A stretch of DNA of 63,161 nt, filler included, from Octopus bimaculoides (GCF_001194135.2; 5 parts of 5 records of this genome joined end to end with filler, not necessarily neighbours in it), one strand, 5' to 3'; positions 38,101 through 51,398 are shown, counted from the first letter of the whole stretch. The notes: generated from the sequence alone by a model not told the origin. Program-made: numbers and translations.

Positions 38101-39418
38101 TTATCTTGGGATTTGGCGACAAGTCTCCTTAAATCTCAAGAATCTTTCATAAGATTCTTACAAAATATAGGATGGTATTTTTCTGCAGGTGGATAATGTG
38201 AGTTTCAATTCTAATCTCTTTTTCAGTGTTTTAAGTAGCATTTTGTGTGTTGTTCCTGGTGCACCAATTACTACGGGAATAATTGTTGTCTTGGTCCTCC
38301 ACAGTCTCCTCAGCTCTCCGGCTGGATCCTGATATTTTTTAATTTTCGCAATTTCTTTGGTATCGACTCTGCTATTGTAGGAAATTGCAAAATCAATGAT
38401 CTTACACTGTTTATTTTGCTCTCTAAAATCACGTCTGGTTTTCTTGCCTCGATAATATGGTTAGTCTTTATGGCGATGTCCCACAAGATTTTGTAATTCT
38501 TCTTTTCTATCACAGCCTCTGGTTTGTGGTCATACCGCTTTTCTGTTGTTTTGAAGCCACACACTCGGCTAACATCCCGTACCTGCACAGTCATGTCTGC
38601 ATTTATACTCTTTTTGTACTAGTATACTGCACTCACTCAAATTGTGATTGATACTCACGTCTTCTTTCCTACAGATTCCACGGTTGCTGTCGGACTGAGT
38701 TGTGTCGATCTTTGCCTTTATCAGATTTCTTCTAAAGGCTTGTTCCTGAGCGGCTATAGCTAACGTTTCTGCTTCTCTTTCTAAGTTTCCGTCGGTCAAC
38801 CAAAGCCAGCAATCTTCATTTCTGACATTCCCAGTTTGTTGCATGAATTGGCCATGCAGTTCATTTTTTTTCCATATGTTATTCTGTTGTCCTTCTTTTT
38901 CTCTTTAAATTCTTCCACAGTTTCAACTACTTTTGGAGAGCCTCTCAATGCCGAAAGTATTCTTTCTTTATTCAGCACAACATAATCTTTCTGACCCAGT
39001 ATCATAATGCTAGCATTGTCTTCCGCGCTCAGTCATCCTCTACCCCCTTCCCATTTTGACTGAAAGAGTCGGTCGATATTACTTTTTAGGATGGAGTGCG
39101 TTTTGCATTGTTGGCAGTTTTCTGGTTCTTCCATCCAAGTTCTGCAGCTCGATCTTTGTCCATTTTAGAGAAGGGGCAGAATATCTCAATACAGGCGTAG
39201 CCCATATATTTATGGTTTTAATGATATTTCTCTCCATTTTTGTTTCGATCATCTTCCTAATTCTCCTCTTGTACTTTTTCATGACTTCTCCCTCAGTTCT
39301 TATTTCCATGGTCCTATCGTCTTGCACCGCTCCTAAGTATTTGTATCCCTCATTATTCAGCAGCGACCGAATGATTTTGTCTTGTGGTTATTTTATGCTA
39401 TCAGAGGTGGTATAAAAA
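38101..39418 (-). mobile_element. 5'-truncated, degenerate R4/Dong-like element, family D
   Basis: GYKYLG...INIWATPVLRYSA...WTKIEL...LDGRTRKL...LHGQF...EAETLAIAAQEQ...RHD...ILWD...ARKPDVIL. Short ATT/AAT tracts at both ends. Confidence 0.85.
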
Positions 39419-39434
39419 TTATTATTATTGGTAT

Positions 39435-39513
39435 TGTTGCTGTTGTTGATGCAGCAGCTGCTACAGCTGTTGCTGTTGTTGATGCAGCAGCTGCTACAGC
39501 TGTTGCTGTTGTT
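39435..39513. repeat. 33-bp tandem repeat (about 2.4 copies)
   Basis: Unit tgttgctgttgttgatgcagcagctgctacagc. Confidence 0.85.
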
Positions 39514-40041
39514 GTTTTCTATTCTGCACACAACATGCACTGCAGGACATTCCCCACACCTGATGTAGGCTGAAGATAACTACGATGATGCACTTCAGAA
39601 AAATTTCGCTCCCTCCAGCGTTTCTTAGTAGTATTTTGTGCGTGTGAATGTGTGTATGTGTGCATGTGTGTATATATGTGTGTGTTTATGCATGTGTGTC
39701 GACATAGGCATTGATAAGAGGATAAGAATTTCAGTTTGCAATTGTGAGGATTCAACACATACTGCGCGGCATCTTAGGTCAATCCATCTAACATAACTTC
39801 TAGTCGAGGCCCCTGGATAGTGCTTTCTACTATAGCTCCGGGTTGACCAATGCTTCATGAATGAAACTGCGTGGAAAGCTGTCGTGTATATTCATATGTG
39901 TGCGCTTGCGCGCGCGCGTGTGCATGTGTATCATGTATTGTGTATAATCTATTTACATATGAAGTACATATACACACATACATATAACATACATATATAT
40001 AGTGCATCTATGTATGTCTGTGTGCATGCGCGTGTGTGTGT

Positions 40042-40076
<35 letters not shown>

Positions 40077-41573
40077 AAATCAGCAATAAATATTCTTATG
40101 AGAAAATATATGGACACATGTGTTTGCTTAAGTTTGTTTTTCTTTTATTTATATTAAACGACAACGAATGTCACGTAGCGACACTTTGATTCTATTTCAT
40201 TCTATTTTGTTTAACAAATATGATTAAAAAATTGGGAACTTCGACTAAAATTGTATTTTGTGGGGTATGTTGTTTGTGTTTCGGATTTTTGGTTTTTGAT
40301 GGGTTTTGTTGTATTTTTGTTGTTGATGACACTACTTAAATACCCAAGTGTAAACTTGTCTATTTTCTATCAAGTAAGTAAAAATGATGAGTTGACTGCT
40401 ATGATATGCTAAAATTAAAAAAATATAGTTTCAAAATTTGCACTGCAATTTCGTTTTTAGCGTTGTTCTGAATTTTTTTTTACAAATGCTAGATGAGATA
40501 TTTTCATCTGTGGGAGTGGGATTAGAAAATGTTAAACCTGAAATCTAAACAAAAAATTGGGTGGGAACTATGGATCGCGAAGACATAAAAGTTATAAATA
40601 ATAGCGTTTAAATATTGGCTTGAAAACTCTTTTGGAAAGAGTCGAAAGCTGCCTGTGGGACACGAACCCACATCACCTGTTCTGCTACTGGACCAAAACA
40701 ATCTTTAGAATTTCTGTCCATTTGAGAAATTTAAAGTGTTGCTTAGGCCCTATGGTAGAACGCCTGTTATGTCTGCAAAAGATGTGGATTCTAGTCCCTA
40801 GGGCAGCGTTCGAATTTTCTATCCAAAAGAGATTTTCAACTCAATAATTGTTTATAACTTTATGTAATTCGAGATCCACTGCTTCAGAAAAGAATTATTT
40901 CATTTTTCTCTCGAAACTTTATAAATCCTTATAACATCAAAAACATTTCTTTCTTTTTCAAAAAAAAAATTATTCCAATTAAGACGATAAAATAAAATTC
41001 GATTCTTTTGTTTTTATTTGTATTGAATTTAGGGTTCATAAACATCCTTACCCCACTATCTCATCCTACTTCGCTCAATTTCGGTCATTATTAACATCTC
41101 AATTTTACCAATTTGAAATTTTTGAAACTGAAAACACTGAACGGAAGCAAACAAACAAGAAATTAGAACTTGACTTGAAATTTCTTCAGTAGTTGAACCT
41201 AGATGAAAAATATTTCATATTCGGGGTCAATGATGTATTTGATAATACTGATATAGTTGAAGAATCGATTTCTTACATTCGCAGAAAGCCACAAATTTAT
41301 TAATTCAATCAATCTCCCCATTGACTTTAATTCGTTTCGTCGACTCCAGTAAAATCTGGGTTTAGAATTTAATTTACATCTGGCTATTCGATATATAAGA
41401 AAAATTGATTCTATTGATAATAATCATGATGATGATGATAATAAGTCTCAAATGATGGCACAAGGCCAGCAATTTCAGGGAAGTGGGTAACTTGATTATA
41501 TCGATCCCAGTGCTCAATTGGTACTTGTTTTATCAACCCCGAAAAGATGAAAGGCAAAGTAGATAAATGATAT

Positions 41574-41614
<41 letters not shown>

Positions 41615-42586
41615 GTGTACTTAAATTAATCTTTAACGGAGTTGATAAACTCGTTAATAATAACGTATTGGATACTTGTTGAAAAACCCTTGGATGGGAA
41701 AAATCGAAGGCTGCTCATGGAACAGGAACACACATCTGTGAACATCACAGACAACTAACCATTATATAAAAGAAGCATTAGAATATTCTATGTCGATTTC
41801 AGAAGTTTTGTTCTCATGAGCAAGAATTGTACGATGTTCGCATTATAAGACATGATGATGTAAATTATCTATTCTTTTAACCGTGCATGTATGTGCTTGT
41901 ATAGTATATATGTATATATATAATATAAATAATATATAAATGTATGCATATATCCATACATATATGTACATACTTACATCTATATGTATACATACATGCA
42001 TATATGGGTACAGGACATCAAAAAACGTTAAACACAATGAGAAACGAAAACATAGAAAACGAACTTTTTTCGAACAACGAAAAAAACAAACAGAGAAACG
42101 AGGCATGCAACATAAAGAGTATACCCCTTCGTTAATTGTCCCTGTTTCATCTACTCCGCATTTCGAAGCCAAGGACAATATGCTACTTCGTTGAAACAGT
42201 CCTTCCCGCAAAGCAAATTAAATAAAATTTGGGATTTTTTGCGGAGAGTGAAAGNNNNNNNNNNNNNNNNNNNNNNNNNNNNNNNNNNNNNNNNNNNNTT
42301 AATTAATTAANNNNNNNNNNNNNNNNNNNNNNNNNNNNNNNNNNNNNNNNNNNNGGGAACTGCCCATATCCTACGTAAAATACTGTCTATGTGATCTCAA
42401 ATTTTAAAGCAAACACATAATTTTCTTATGGTTTCTTAAACATTCACTAGAACAAAACTGTACAAATCCAAATATATGGTACCCTAGGCATAACACCTAC
42501 ATGAACTTCTAACTTGTTGTCTCTTGAGGTCTCTGGGTGAGACTTGGATCCAACTTGTACAAATGCAAAACAAAAATCAAACATAA

Positions 42587-42663
<77 letters not shown>

Positions 42664-42693
42664 TGATGATAATATTTAATAATAATAATAATA

Positions 42694-43221
42694 GGCTTCT
42701 TCTCTCAACTGGTTAGAAGTGTTATCACGTACATTGTTTTGTCTTGGTATAGAAGATGGGCTACAGCAAATATTCTTCTCAGTACCACAGATTTGCTTGT
42801 CACTTGTATGATCTTAACCAGTTGAGTATGTTCCTTAGTGGCTGATGATATGTGCATCTCTGATCATGAGCAAAAGTAGATGGAGAGCATCATATCCATG
42901 TGTTGAGAGGAATTCTTTGAGGTTTGGATAATTCACCTCAGGAAACATGAGTGTTTCGTTCAACATCCTTAAACGACCTTTATTCAGGGACCTTTTGAGC
43001 GGGATGGGCTACTCGACATTTAGAAAATTCTGACTGGGTCTCACCTGCAAGGTCATGCACTGTTAATCTTGATACGAGATCACCATGTTGTGCACATATG
43101 GTTGTGATGCATGTGTTTGGTGTACCCTTATCAGGCGGATGGTCATGATGGGTATACTGGGCTTTGTATATTTTACCCCAGTGTCACTGTCACTTTGATG
43201 ACATGCACTGCTCTCTCACTC
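42694..43221 (+). mobile_element. Family E copy, slightly 5'-truncated and CpG-decayed
   Basis: Reverse complement of 14826-15330. Preceded by about 100 bp (AAT)n, ends ctctctcactc-aataacaac. Confidence 0.75.
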
Positions 43222-43243
43222 AATAACAACCACAACAACAATG

Positions 43244-43462
43244 ATTTCAAATTTTGATACAAGGCTAGTTATTTGAAGAGAGAGGTATAGTTGATTACAC
43301 TGACCTCGTACTCAACTGGTACTTTTTTTTTGTATCGAATCTGAAAGGATGAAAGGCAAAGGTGACCTTGACAGAATTTGAATTCAAAATGTAAAGAACT
43401 GGAAGAAATGCCACTAAACATTTTGTCCAACAGACTAATGATTCTGCCAGTTTGCAACCTTA
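43244..43462 (-). mobile_element. SINE S1, CpG-decayed copy
   Basis: Minus strand aaggttgcaaactggcagaatcattag...aaaatttgaaatcatt. Confidence 0.7.
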
Positions 43463-44025
43463 ACAATAATGATAATGATGGTGATGGAAAATAATTACAA
43501 TATTAATAAGTGTATAATGGACGATATATGAGTGTTTAGCTTTTGCCAAACAACCTGCACAAATGATTTGTTTATAGGGCTCACTCCCTCCATCAAATTG
43601 ACATTGCTTGAGCAGGTGCATGGTGTACCATACATCAGGTGTCAAAGTGATTGCAATGCAATGTGAGATGAAGTGCTTTTCTCAAGAATCCTATGCACCA
43701 CCCAATCTAGGAATTGAAACTATGATTTTGCAGTCATGATTGCAACATCTTAACCACTAGGCTATGTGTCTTCACTTAATATGTGTATAATGGTATGAAT
43801 ATTGACACTGTACTTATTTGTGTTTAATTGCACTTTCCCTAGACTTAAAATCTTAATTGGTGTGCATGTTACAGATGCAATTCAAATGCTATCAAATATC
43901 CAGTCAAATTTCCTAATAATGTGGATTGTATATCCAGAAGTCAATCATATCTAATGCCCAAACTATAATAATGTTAGTTTCTTATAATGCTGTTATGACA
44001 TTAAACATTTTTATATTTCATAAAT

Positions 44026-44040
44026 ATGTTCACAGTGAAG
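44026..44040 (+). CDS. Possible first coding segment (MFTVK)
   Basis: aaatATG after in-frame stops, ending AAG|gtaata in phase 0, compatible with the exon at 44886. Too short to be sure. Confidence 0.25.
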
Positions 44041-44309
44041 GTAATATCAATCAAAGTAATTTCCTATTTACTAATATATGTATAAGTTTCAGAAATGGGA
44101 TGCAAAACTAAAACGGACAAATGGAGAAATGATGAACTGTGCTTAGTTTCTGTTTATACACTGTTGATTATCTTACATGGTCAACTTTGATCAAAGGGTA
44201 TTTTAGAAGATCTGTTAATCTAATTAAAGCTATTGATTTGCTTCTTTGTTGAATCTGTTTCTTGTATTAGAAATTTGATTGTGTTTTGCATTGTATTAGT
44301 ATTCATGAA

Positions 44310-44630
44310 GTGAAGGTGCATGGCTAAGTGGTTAAGATATTTGGCTCAAATGTAAGGTCATGAGTTCGATTCCTGGTGGCACATTGCATTCTTGAGCAAG
44401 ACACTTTATTTTACATTGCCCCAGTTCACTCAGCAGGCAAAAATGAGTTCTACCTGTATTTCTAAGGGCTAGCCTTGTCACATCCTGTGTCAGGCTGAAT
44501 CTCCCTGTAAACTACGTTATGGTTGCATGTGCCCATGGAGTGCTCTGTCACTTGCACATTAATTTCATGAGTAGGCTGTTCCGTTGATTGGATCAACTGG
44601 AACTCTCATTGTTGTAACTGATAGCGTGCC
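44310..44630 (+). mobile_element. Mosaic SINE: S4-type head/core with S3-type 3' half
   Basis: ttgagcaagacactttatt core shared with S4; gctgaatctccc...ggatcaactggaac tail shared with S3. Confidence 0.7.
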
Positions 44631-44885
44631 TGTGTATTCATGGCTGAGTGATTTTTGTGAATGTCTCTATTAATGTGTATTTTTTTTTAGTCAAGTTTAA
44701 AGACTTGTTTGTCTGTGTGTGCAGGTATATATTTTGGTGAAGATTATGTTTGGGTGATTGCATTTTGTTTTGTTGCTTTATTGTTATTGAATTCATAGGG
44801 AAATATGATTTTGCTTATTTGTATCTGGATTACAATTAAAATGATTGTAGTAAATTGGTTACATCAAAATAATTTCTGTTTTTAG

Positions 44886-45584
44886 GAGCATGGTGTAGAT
44901 CATTCTGATGGTGTCCTTCTTGCAAAGCCTCCAGATACATTACCGCTACCTTCCTCTAGAGCAGGAAGTTTCCCCGAAGAAACTTCAAAGAGTGATTCTG
45001 CAAGAAAAAGCATCGCTGAGAGTTCACAAAAGGATTCCAAATTTGTTGATACAGGAGCCACCAAAGCACCAGAAGCAACAAAAAAGCCAGCAGGAATCAA
45101 AGTACGTAAAACATCCAAAGTATTAGAAGCAGCTAAAACATCAGAAACAACTAAAATGCCTGAAGCAACCAAAACACCAGAAGCAACCAAAGCAGCCAAA
45201 GCAACCAAAACACATGAAGCAACCAAAGCAACCAAAGCAATCAAAACACATGAATCAAAAGCAATCAAATCATCAGAAGGAGCCAAAGCAGCCAAAACAC
45301 CTGAAGTAAGCGAAGCATCAGAAAGAACTGAATCATCAGATGAGGCTAAAGTATCAGAAGGCAATGAAACAGGACCAGACAGTGAAGCAGAAGTTATCTA
45401 TGTATCAGTATCAACTCAAACAGTAAGCCAATTAACATACAGTGAATACAGAATGGAGCAACTATCCAAATTAAAAAAATTAGAAAGCAAGAAATCTTTG
45501 CAAGGATACACACAATCATTAGACAATATAAGCAGAATCAGTTCTGATATTACAAAACAATCTTCAAGTCTCATAAAATCAAAA
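44886..45584 (+). CDS. Large internal coding exon (233 codons) of a putative PX-like-domain gene; low-complexity K/A/T/E repeat region
   Basis: Acceptor ...tttctgtttttag|GAG at 44886, donor AAA|gtaaga at 45585. 699 nt open frame, phase 0/0: EHGVDHSDGVLLAKPP...EATKTPEATKAAKATK...SSLIKSK. Confidence 0.8.
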
Positions 45585-45869
45585 GTAAGATGGTTTTTAA
45601 ATGCTATTTTCTTATGTTTTACTGGACTGGTACAGAAAGTTTATTATAGTTGTTTCAAATTTAACTGTAAATTAAGTTATATACTAACATATTTTCCTAT
45701 CAAGTGCATTGCTTTACATTTTCCCCACACAACTTAGTCATTTTACAGAATTAAAATAACTCAAATCCCAAGACTAATCTTATATTAATTCAAACTAAGT
45801 AATAAATCTTTATAAGTAAGGCTCTGACAAAGGATAGGGAGTTGTGGTGATTTGTTGTACTTGAGATGG

Positions 45870-46178
45870 CATGTTCTTTGCAGGTGCTGGTACCACATAA
45901 AATGCACTTGTGCTAGTTCCATGTAAACTGCATTTGTGCTGGTGCTGCATAAATACACTGGTGCCTGTGCATAAATGCACCCATGCCAGTGACATATAGA
46001 AAGCATTCAGCACACCTTGTAAAGTGGTTGGCATTAGGAAGGGCATCCAGCTATAGAAACCATGCCAAAACAGACAACTGGAACCTGGACAGCTTCCTGG
46101 CTGGCCAGCTCCTGTGAAACCGTCCAACCCATGCCAGCATGGAAAACAGATGTTAAAATGATGATGATGATGATGATG
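45870..46178 (+). mobile_element. (ATG)n-tailed retroposon family F
   Basis: gtggttggcattaggaagggcatccagc...ccatgccagcatggaaa...ttaaaatgatgatg. Relatives at about 46330-46440(-), 48020-48120, 48135-48245(-), 48450-48650 and 48755-48900(-). Confidence 0.7.
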
Positions 46179-46465
46179 AAGTGAGATGAGAGTCAATTAT
46201 GGCATTTGTAAAGTGAGAGGCCATTACTTAATTTGGAAGTGGGCACTCAAAAATTCTTATGTGAAAACTGTGGCAGAACTCACACTTTCCTCCTCCTCCC
46301 CTGACCACTGCTACCGCCACCACCACCACCACCATTATTTAATGCCCATTATTCCATGCTTGCATGGGTCAGAGAGAATTTGTGGTGGCAGATATTCTAC
46401 CGCCAAATACCTTTTTTGTTTCCATTTACAACCATCACATGGTGTCAAGACAGGGATACATGCAA

Positions 46466-46526
<61 letters not shown>

Positions 46527-46787
46527 TATATGGCAGGCTACTTTCAGCTTCCATCTACCAGATCTACACTTACAAGGCTTTAGTTAGCCCAGGGCTATAG
46601 TAAGAGATACTTACCTAAGGGGCTGTGCTGTGGCATTGAACTCAAGGCCATATAATTGGGAAGCAAGCTTCTATACCGCAGCCACACTCATGCCAATAGC
46701 CATGCCTATACCTATTCATTTCAAAATACAATGTCAATCATTTGAATGAGATAAGATTAGAATGTGATATCAATAATGGAATGTTAA

Positions 46788-46994
46788 CCTTTTAGCATTC
46801 ACATTGCTCTGTCAAATGTAATTCTTATTTATTCACATTCTTTTGAATTGATCGTGCTTCAAGATTTTGATGATGTGATTGCTTATTTTTAAAATGACAT
46901 TGTAGGATAGGTGTGAGAGATTGGAGCAGGCCAGTTTGAACATAAAACATATAGAATATTTTGGTCAGATATTGTCAGTTTAAATGCTAAAGGG
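46788..46994. mobile_element. TTAA/CCC-ended (piggyBac-like) MITE, copy 1
   Basis: ttaa-cc(t)ttagcatt...aatgctaaaggg; homologous to 54208 and 57093. Confidence 0.7.
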
Positions 46995-47519
46995 AGAGAG
47001 AGAGAAAGAGAGAAGAGAGAAAAAGAGAGGGAAAGAAAGAAAGAGAGAAAAGAGAGGAAGAGAGAGGGAGAAAAAAGAGAGAGAAAGAAAGAAAAAAAAA
47101 AGAGAAGGAGAGATAGATAGAGAAAAACAATAAAACATCTAATGTCAAGTAAGTTAGTGCTGAATCAGTGATACCAAAATGGTGTGGCCAAGACAGCTGA
47201 GCCAAAACGTCTCATATGCTTTTCCTCTTGGTGTAACTTATCTTTTAAATGAAAGTAATATCAATTCAGCAAGTAGTTGTGCCTATGAGCAGAATGCAGT
47301 GACTTTGCAGTTATTAAAGCATTTTGGTACTTTTTCTGGAAAATTACTTAGAAAATTACTTAGAACAAGAGAAGACACATGGGAAAGAGAATCGTTAAAG
47401 AGGTCATGGGATGTGTGATGAAAGAACTTTGCCAAAGAAACTAAAATAATTATAATAAAGCTTAAGTGAAGACCAAATATATAGTGTGTGTGTTTAACTG
47501 GCAAAATATGACCATCCCC

Positions 47520-47843
47520 AAATATGAATGACCATGGGAGTGTACCTAGAAAGTTCACCCCTGAGGCACTAGTCTGGGCAAGGTTGTTTATGGAAGACCA
47601 GCAGTCGCCCATGCATACCAGCTTCCCCTCTCCATGCCACTGCTGATGTTTTCCAAGGGAAAAGCAAAAGCCAGTACAGCATGGCATCAATGACATCACA
47701 ACACATTTCTACAGATCAGTGAAATGGAGCAGCATGAAATAAAGTGTCTTGCTCAAGAACACAATACAGTCCAGTCTGGGAATCGAACTCACTACCTCAT
47801 GATTGTGAGCCCGACACTCTAACCACTGAGCCATGTGCCTTCA
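47520..47843 (-). mobile_element. tRNA-derived SINE family S4
   Basis: Minus strand tggctcagtgg...gagttcgattccc...ttgagcaagacactttatt. Further copies at about 59335-59630 and 59140-59240. Confidence 0.8.
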
Positions 47844-48662
47844 TGTGCCCAAGTATAACAATACTTAGAAAATAATTTTTGTTTTACATGTTTTACATGT
47901 TTTAAATACATGTACAGTAATTTTCTGAAGTGGGGTGACTTTCATAAAAATTAATTGTTTCTTTCTTAAAGCATATAAGAAAAATCATTATTTTTACCCT
48001 ACTTGTAAATGAGTGATGGTTGAAGACAAAGGTTATCCAGCCATAGAAAATCTGCCCCAACAAATTCCATCTGATCTGTGCAAGCATGGAAAAATGGACA
48101 TTAAAATGATGATGATCTGATATAAAATTGATTTTTGTTTATTCGTTCATTTAAAGTTCATGTTTCCATGCTAGTTTGAGTTGGATGGAAAATATTTTAG
48201 TCAGCATTTTATAGCCAGATGTCCTTCCTCTTTGCCAACGCTTATCTGTTCTTGAAGTATAGATTTTTTATTGCTATATTTTTATATTCCAGTGGTCTTT
48301 CAAAATATACAGCTACTAATCATAATGTTAACAAAGAATGTAAACATCATAGCACTCTTTCACTCAGATGGTAACAACTGAAACCATAAGATGTCATCAT
48401 CTGTGCACATACATACATACATACATACATACATACATACTTAGGTCTTATGAATACATGGCAACCTCACTAGTGTTGGTGCCATAAAAAAGCATTGAGT
48501 ACACTCTGTAAAGTGCTTGGCATTAGGAATAGCATTTAGCCATAGAATTCATGCCATAGTTCTCTGTTTCATTGGTTCCCATTGAACTGTTCAACCTATG
48601 TCAGCAACGAAAAAGAGATGCTTAATGATGATGATGATGATGATGACAATGATATGTGAGTG

Positions 48663-48720
<58 letters not shown>

Positions 48721-49954
48721 TATATATATATCTATGTATATATAACTCTCAGCACTATTTCCATGCTGGCACCTGCATCATGCTTCAATCTCTTCTTAGG
48801 TATGGTTTCTGTGGCCAGATGCCCATCCTGATGCCAACCACTTTACAGAGAATACTAGATACTTTTTTCATGGCACCAGCACTAGGGAAGTAGCCTTGCA
48901 GCTTGCAACGCTAAGGGCCTAAAGAGGCCTCTAAAGGAGAGTAGAAGAGAGAAGGTGTAATGATTCTAGGTGGTATGACAAAAAAGGGTAAAGTATGAAG
49001 AGAGAAACAAATTCATAGTTGTGAGGAGGATAGTTGGAGAGGCAGTAACAAAGTAAGGTCTAATGGAAGGGAAATTGTGGAAAGGAAAGGAATTAGTGTC
49101 AGGGGTTAGTGAAGAAGGAAGGGACTGAGCAATAAGGTTAATAAGGTGGGTTGTGTGTATGGTGGAGTTTCCTAGGTTATCATACATTATACAATTTCCA
49201 TTCACAAGTTATTGGTTGACCTGGAGCTATAGAAGGGGACACTGGCCCAAAATACTGTGCAGTGGGATTGACTCTGAAGCCACATGGTTGCAAAGCAAAC
49301 TTCTTAAATCATATAGCCATTTATGCACTGCAATCTCAGATATTGAAGGAGACAGAAAATGTTTGAACATTTTATAACATTTTCCTATATATGTAAGCAA
49401 AAGTGGTATGTCAGTACCAGACTAAACACCAGAAAGTTTTTAGTTTTGTTTCTCTGTATTTTGAGCTCAAAACTCAGTGGTCTTTGCTCTCTTCTCCTTT
49501 CATGAGGAGAGTAATGTTCATACATACATACATACATACATACATACATACATACATACATACATACCCTGTTATTGATGTTGAAATTCCAATGAAGGAG
49601 TCTTGGATCTAGGTTAGAAACCGATTCTTTCTCCATTGGTAAGAAATCTTGAAATAAACTGAAAAGTAAATGTTTTTTGGTTATAAATTATTACACACAC
49701 ATTCATGCACATAAACACATGTAGTAATAAATTTTAAAAATACAACAGCGAAAAAAAGCAATATATATATAAAGTAAAATTTGTAACATCCCATTGGTAT
49801 TCAAAAGCTTGTTATACAGTGACAAGCTGTCTTTGAAACAGTGAATTGAATAGTGAAATGAATATCAATGAAAACTGACACACATATATGCAACGTTGTA
49901 TTTGTGTGTTCTTGGTTTAAATGTACTTTATAATAGATTGTAATTTGTGCCTAG

Positions 49955-50038
49955 ACTGAAATTGAAGATGATATCATAGAAGTGATTGGAAGTGATGGTC
50001 ACACCCTAAGTCAAACTCTAGAGTACAGTAAACACCAA
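49955..50038 (+). CDS. Coding exon (28 codons), start of PX-like domain
   Basis: tttgtgcctag|ACT ... CAA|gtaagt; 84 nt, phase 0/0, open: TEIEDDIIEVIGSDGHTLSQTLEYSKHQ. Confidence 0.75.
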
Positions 50039-50180
50039 GTAAGTTTTTACAGAGTATCCTTGAAAATTTCCTCATTGTTTAACTTGTAAACTAACTCATA
50101 AATCAAAGAATTGTTATATAAATATATACATGCATCAGCATTGCCGCAGCTCTAAGCTGAAACTACAAACAACTAAATAT

Positions 50181-51398
50181 ATTGGGTGCTGTGAATGAAT
50201 TATCATCTAAATTACGCAAAAAAGAAAATAACACTGACATCTCATTTTAACATATATTTACCAAAATTACATAAAAATATCTTGAAATACTAAAGAGTAA
50301 ATTTATTCAATAAAATCGCCACTGGCTTCAACTACGGCCTCCAGACAACTTTGGAGTTTCATGCAACTCATCTGGACAGTCTCCTTGTTTAAGTTAGTGA
50401 ATGCTGCCATAATCCTTGCTTTCAGTTCATCTTTGGTGTTACAAGAAGTTTTGTTGGTCTCTCACCCAACTGCACCCCACACAATAATCAAGGGGGTTGC
50501 AGTCTGAGGAGTTAGGTGGCCAGATGTTAGGAGTGGTGTGGTCACAGAAATTGTCTGACAGCCATGACTGAGCTCTCCTGCTTGTGTGACATGGTGCAGA
50601 GTCCTGTTGCCAGACATAGGGTCTGTGGGAAGATGGATGGAGGCATAACATCAGCATCACTAGTGATTACTCCAAACACCATGATTTTCACTGGCTGTTT
50701 GATTTTTATCATTCTCAGTACATGTTTTGGGCACACAGTAAGCCAACAATTGTTCTGTGTGTTCCCCATCTTATCCTGGCAGAAATTTTTCTCGTCTGAG
50801 AAAAACCAAAGCATGTTCAGTTGGAGGAGATGCTTGAGTTTCTTCAAAAGCTTCATAGTGTGGTCTTTCCTCTTGTTCTTGGTGGCTTGGGATAAAAATT
50901 GGCCCTTTCTCATCTTGTATGAAGAATGCAAAATACCTTCATGCATTACCTGCCTGATAAGAAACTCAGACACTCCCATGTCCCTAGTGATGGAACTGAT
51001 TGACTTGGAAGGATCGTTGTCAATCATGGCCTGGATCTCACCAACAAATTCAGGAGTTCTTTTCTGATCAGAATGATTAGAGTGAGTTTTCCAAGCTGCC
51101 GTTCCTTCATAATCACCATTAGACTCATTCAACTCTATCCAAATCCTCTGCACTATCCTCAGATTGACACCCAAACACTCTGAAATGTTCGTATTGGAGC
51201 TTTCACACAAATGCCAAGCAGTGCAACATGTTGTTTCCAAATTTATGGCTGAGTGACTAGTGTCATGATGCTGTTTTTCTCACAGATAGCGCCCAACTAC
51301 CGCTGCTATACTGTGTAGTCAACAAAATCAGAAACATACAATGTGCATGTGCGAAATTAAAAATATAAAATGGCGACAATTTACTCATTGCACCCTGA
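50181..51398 (-). mobile_element. Degenerate DD37D (maT-type) Tc1/mariner-superfamily transposon
   Basis: FFSDEKNF, VMVFGVI, WQQDSAPCH-...-CNPLDY with 37 residues between the last two Asp. Diverged terminal inverted repeats; internal deletion and frameshift. Confidence 0.85.

Noticed and set aside
40610-41790. Two diverged similar segments of about 60-100 bp (near 40620 and 41680)
   Set aside because: Too short and diverged to classify; likely fragments of a dispersed repeat.
42005-42255. Repeat-like segment with a possible degenerate hammerhead on the minus strand
   Set aside because: Both core halves are too altered (ttaacgaa, gaaatg) to support a call.
44900-45364. 154-aa minus-strand ORF
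   Set aside because: Antisense shadow of the repetitive + strand exon.
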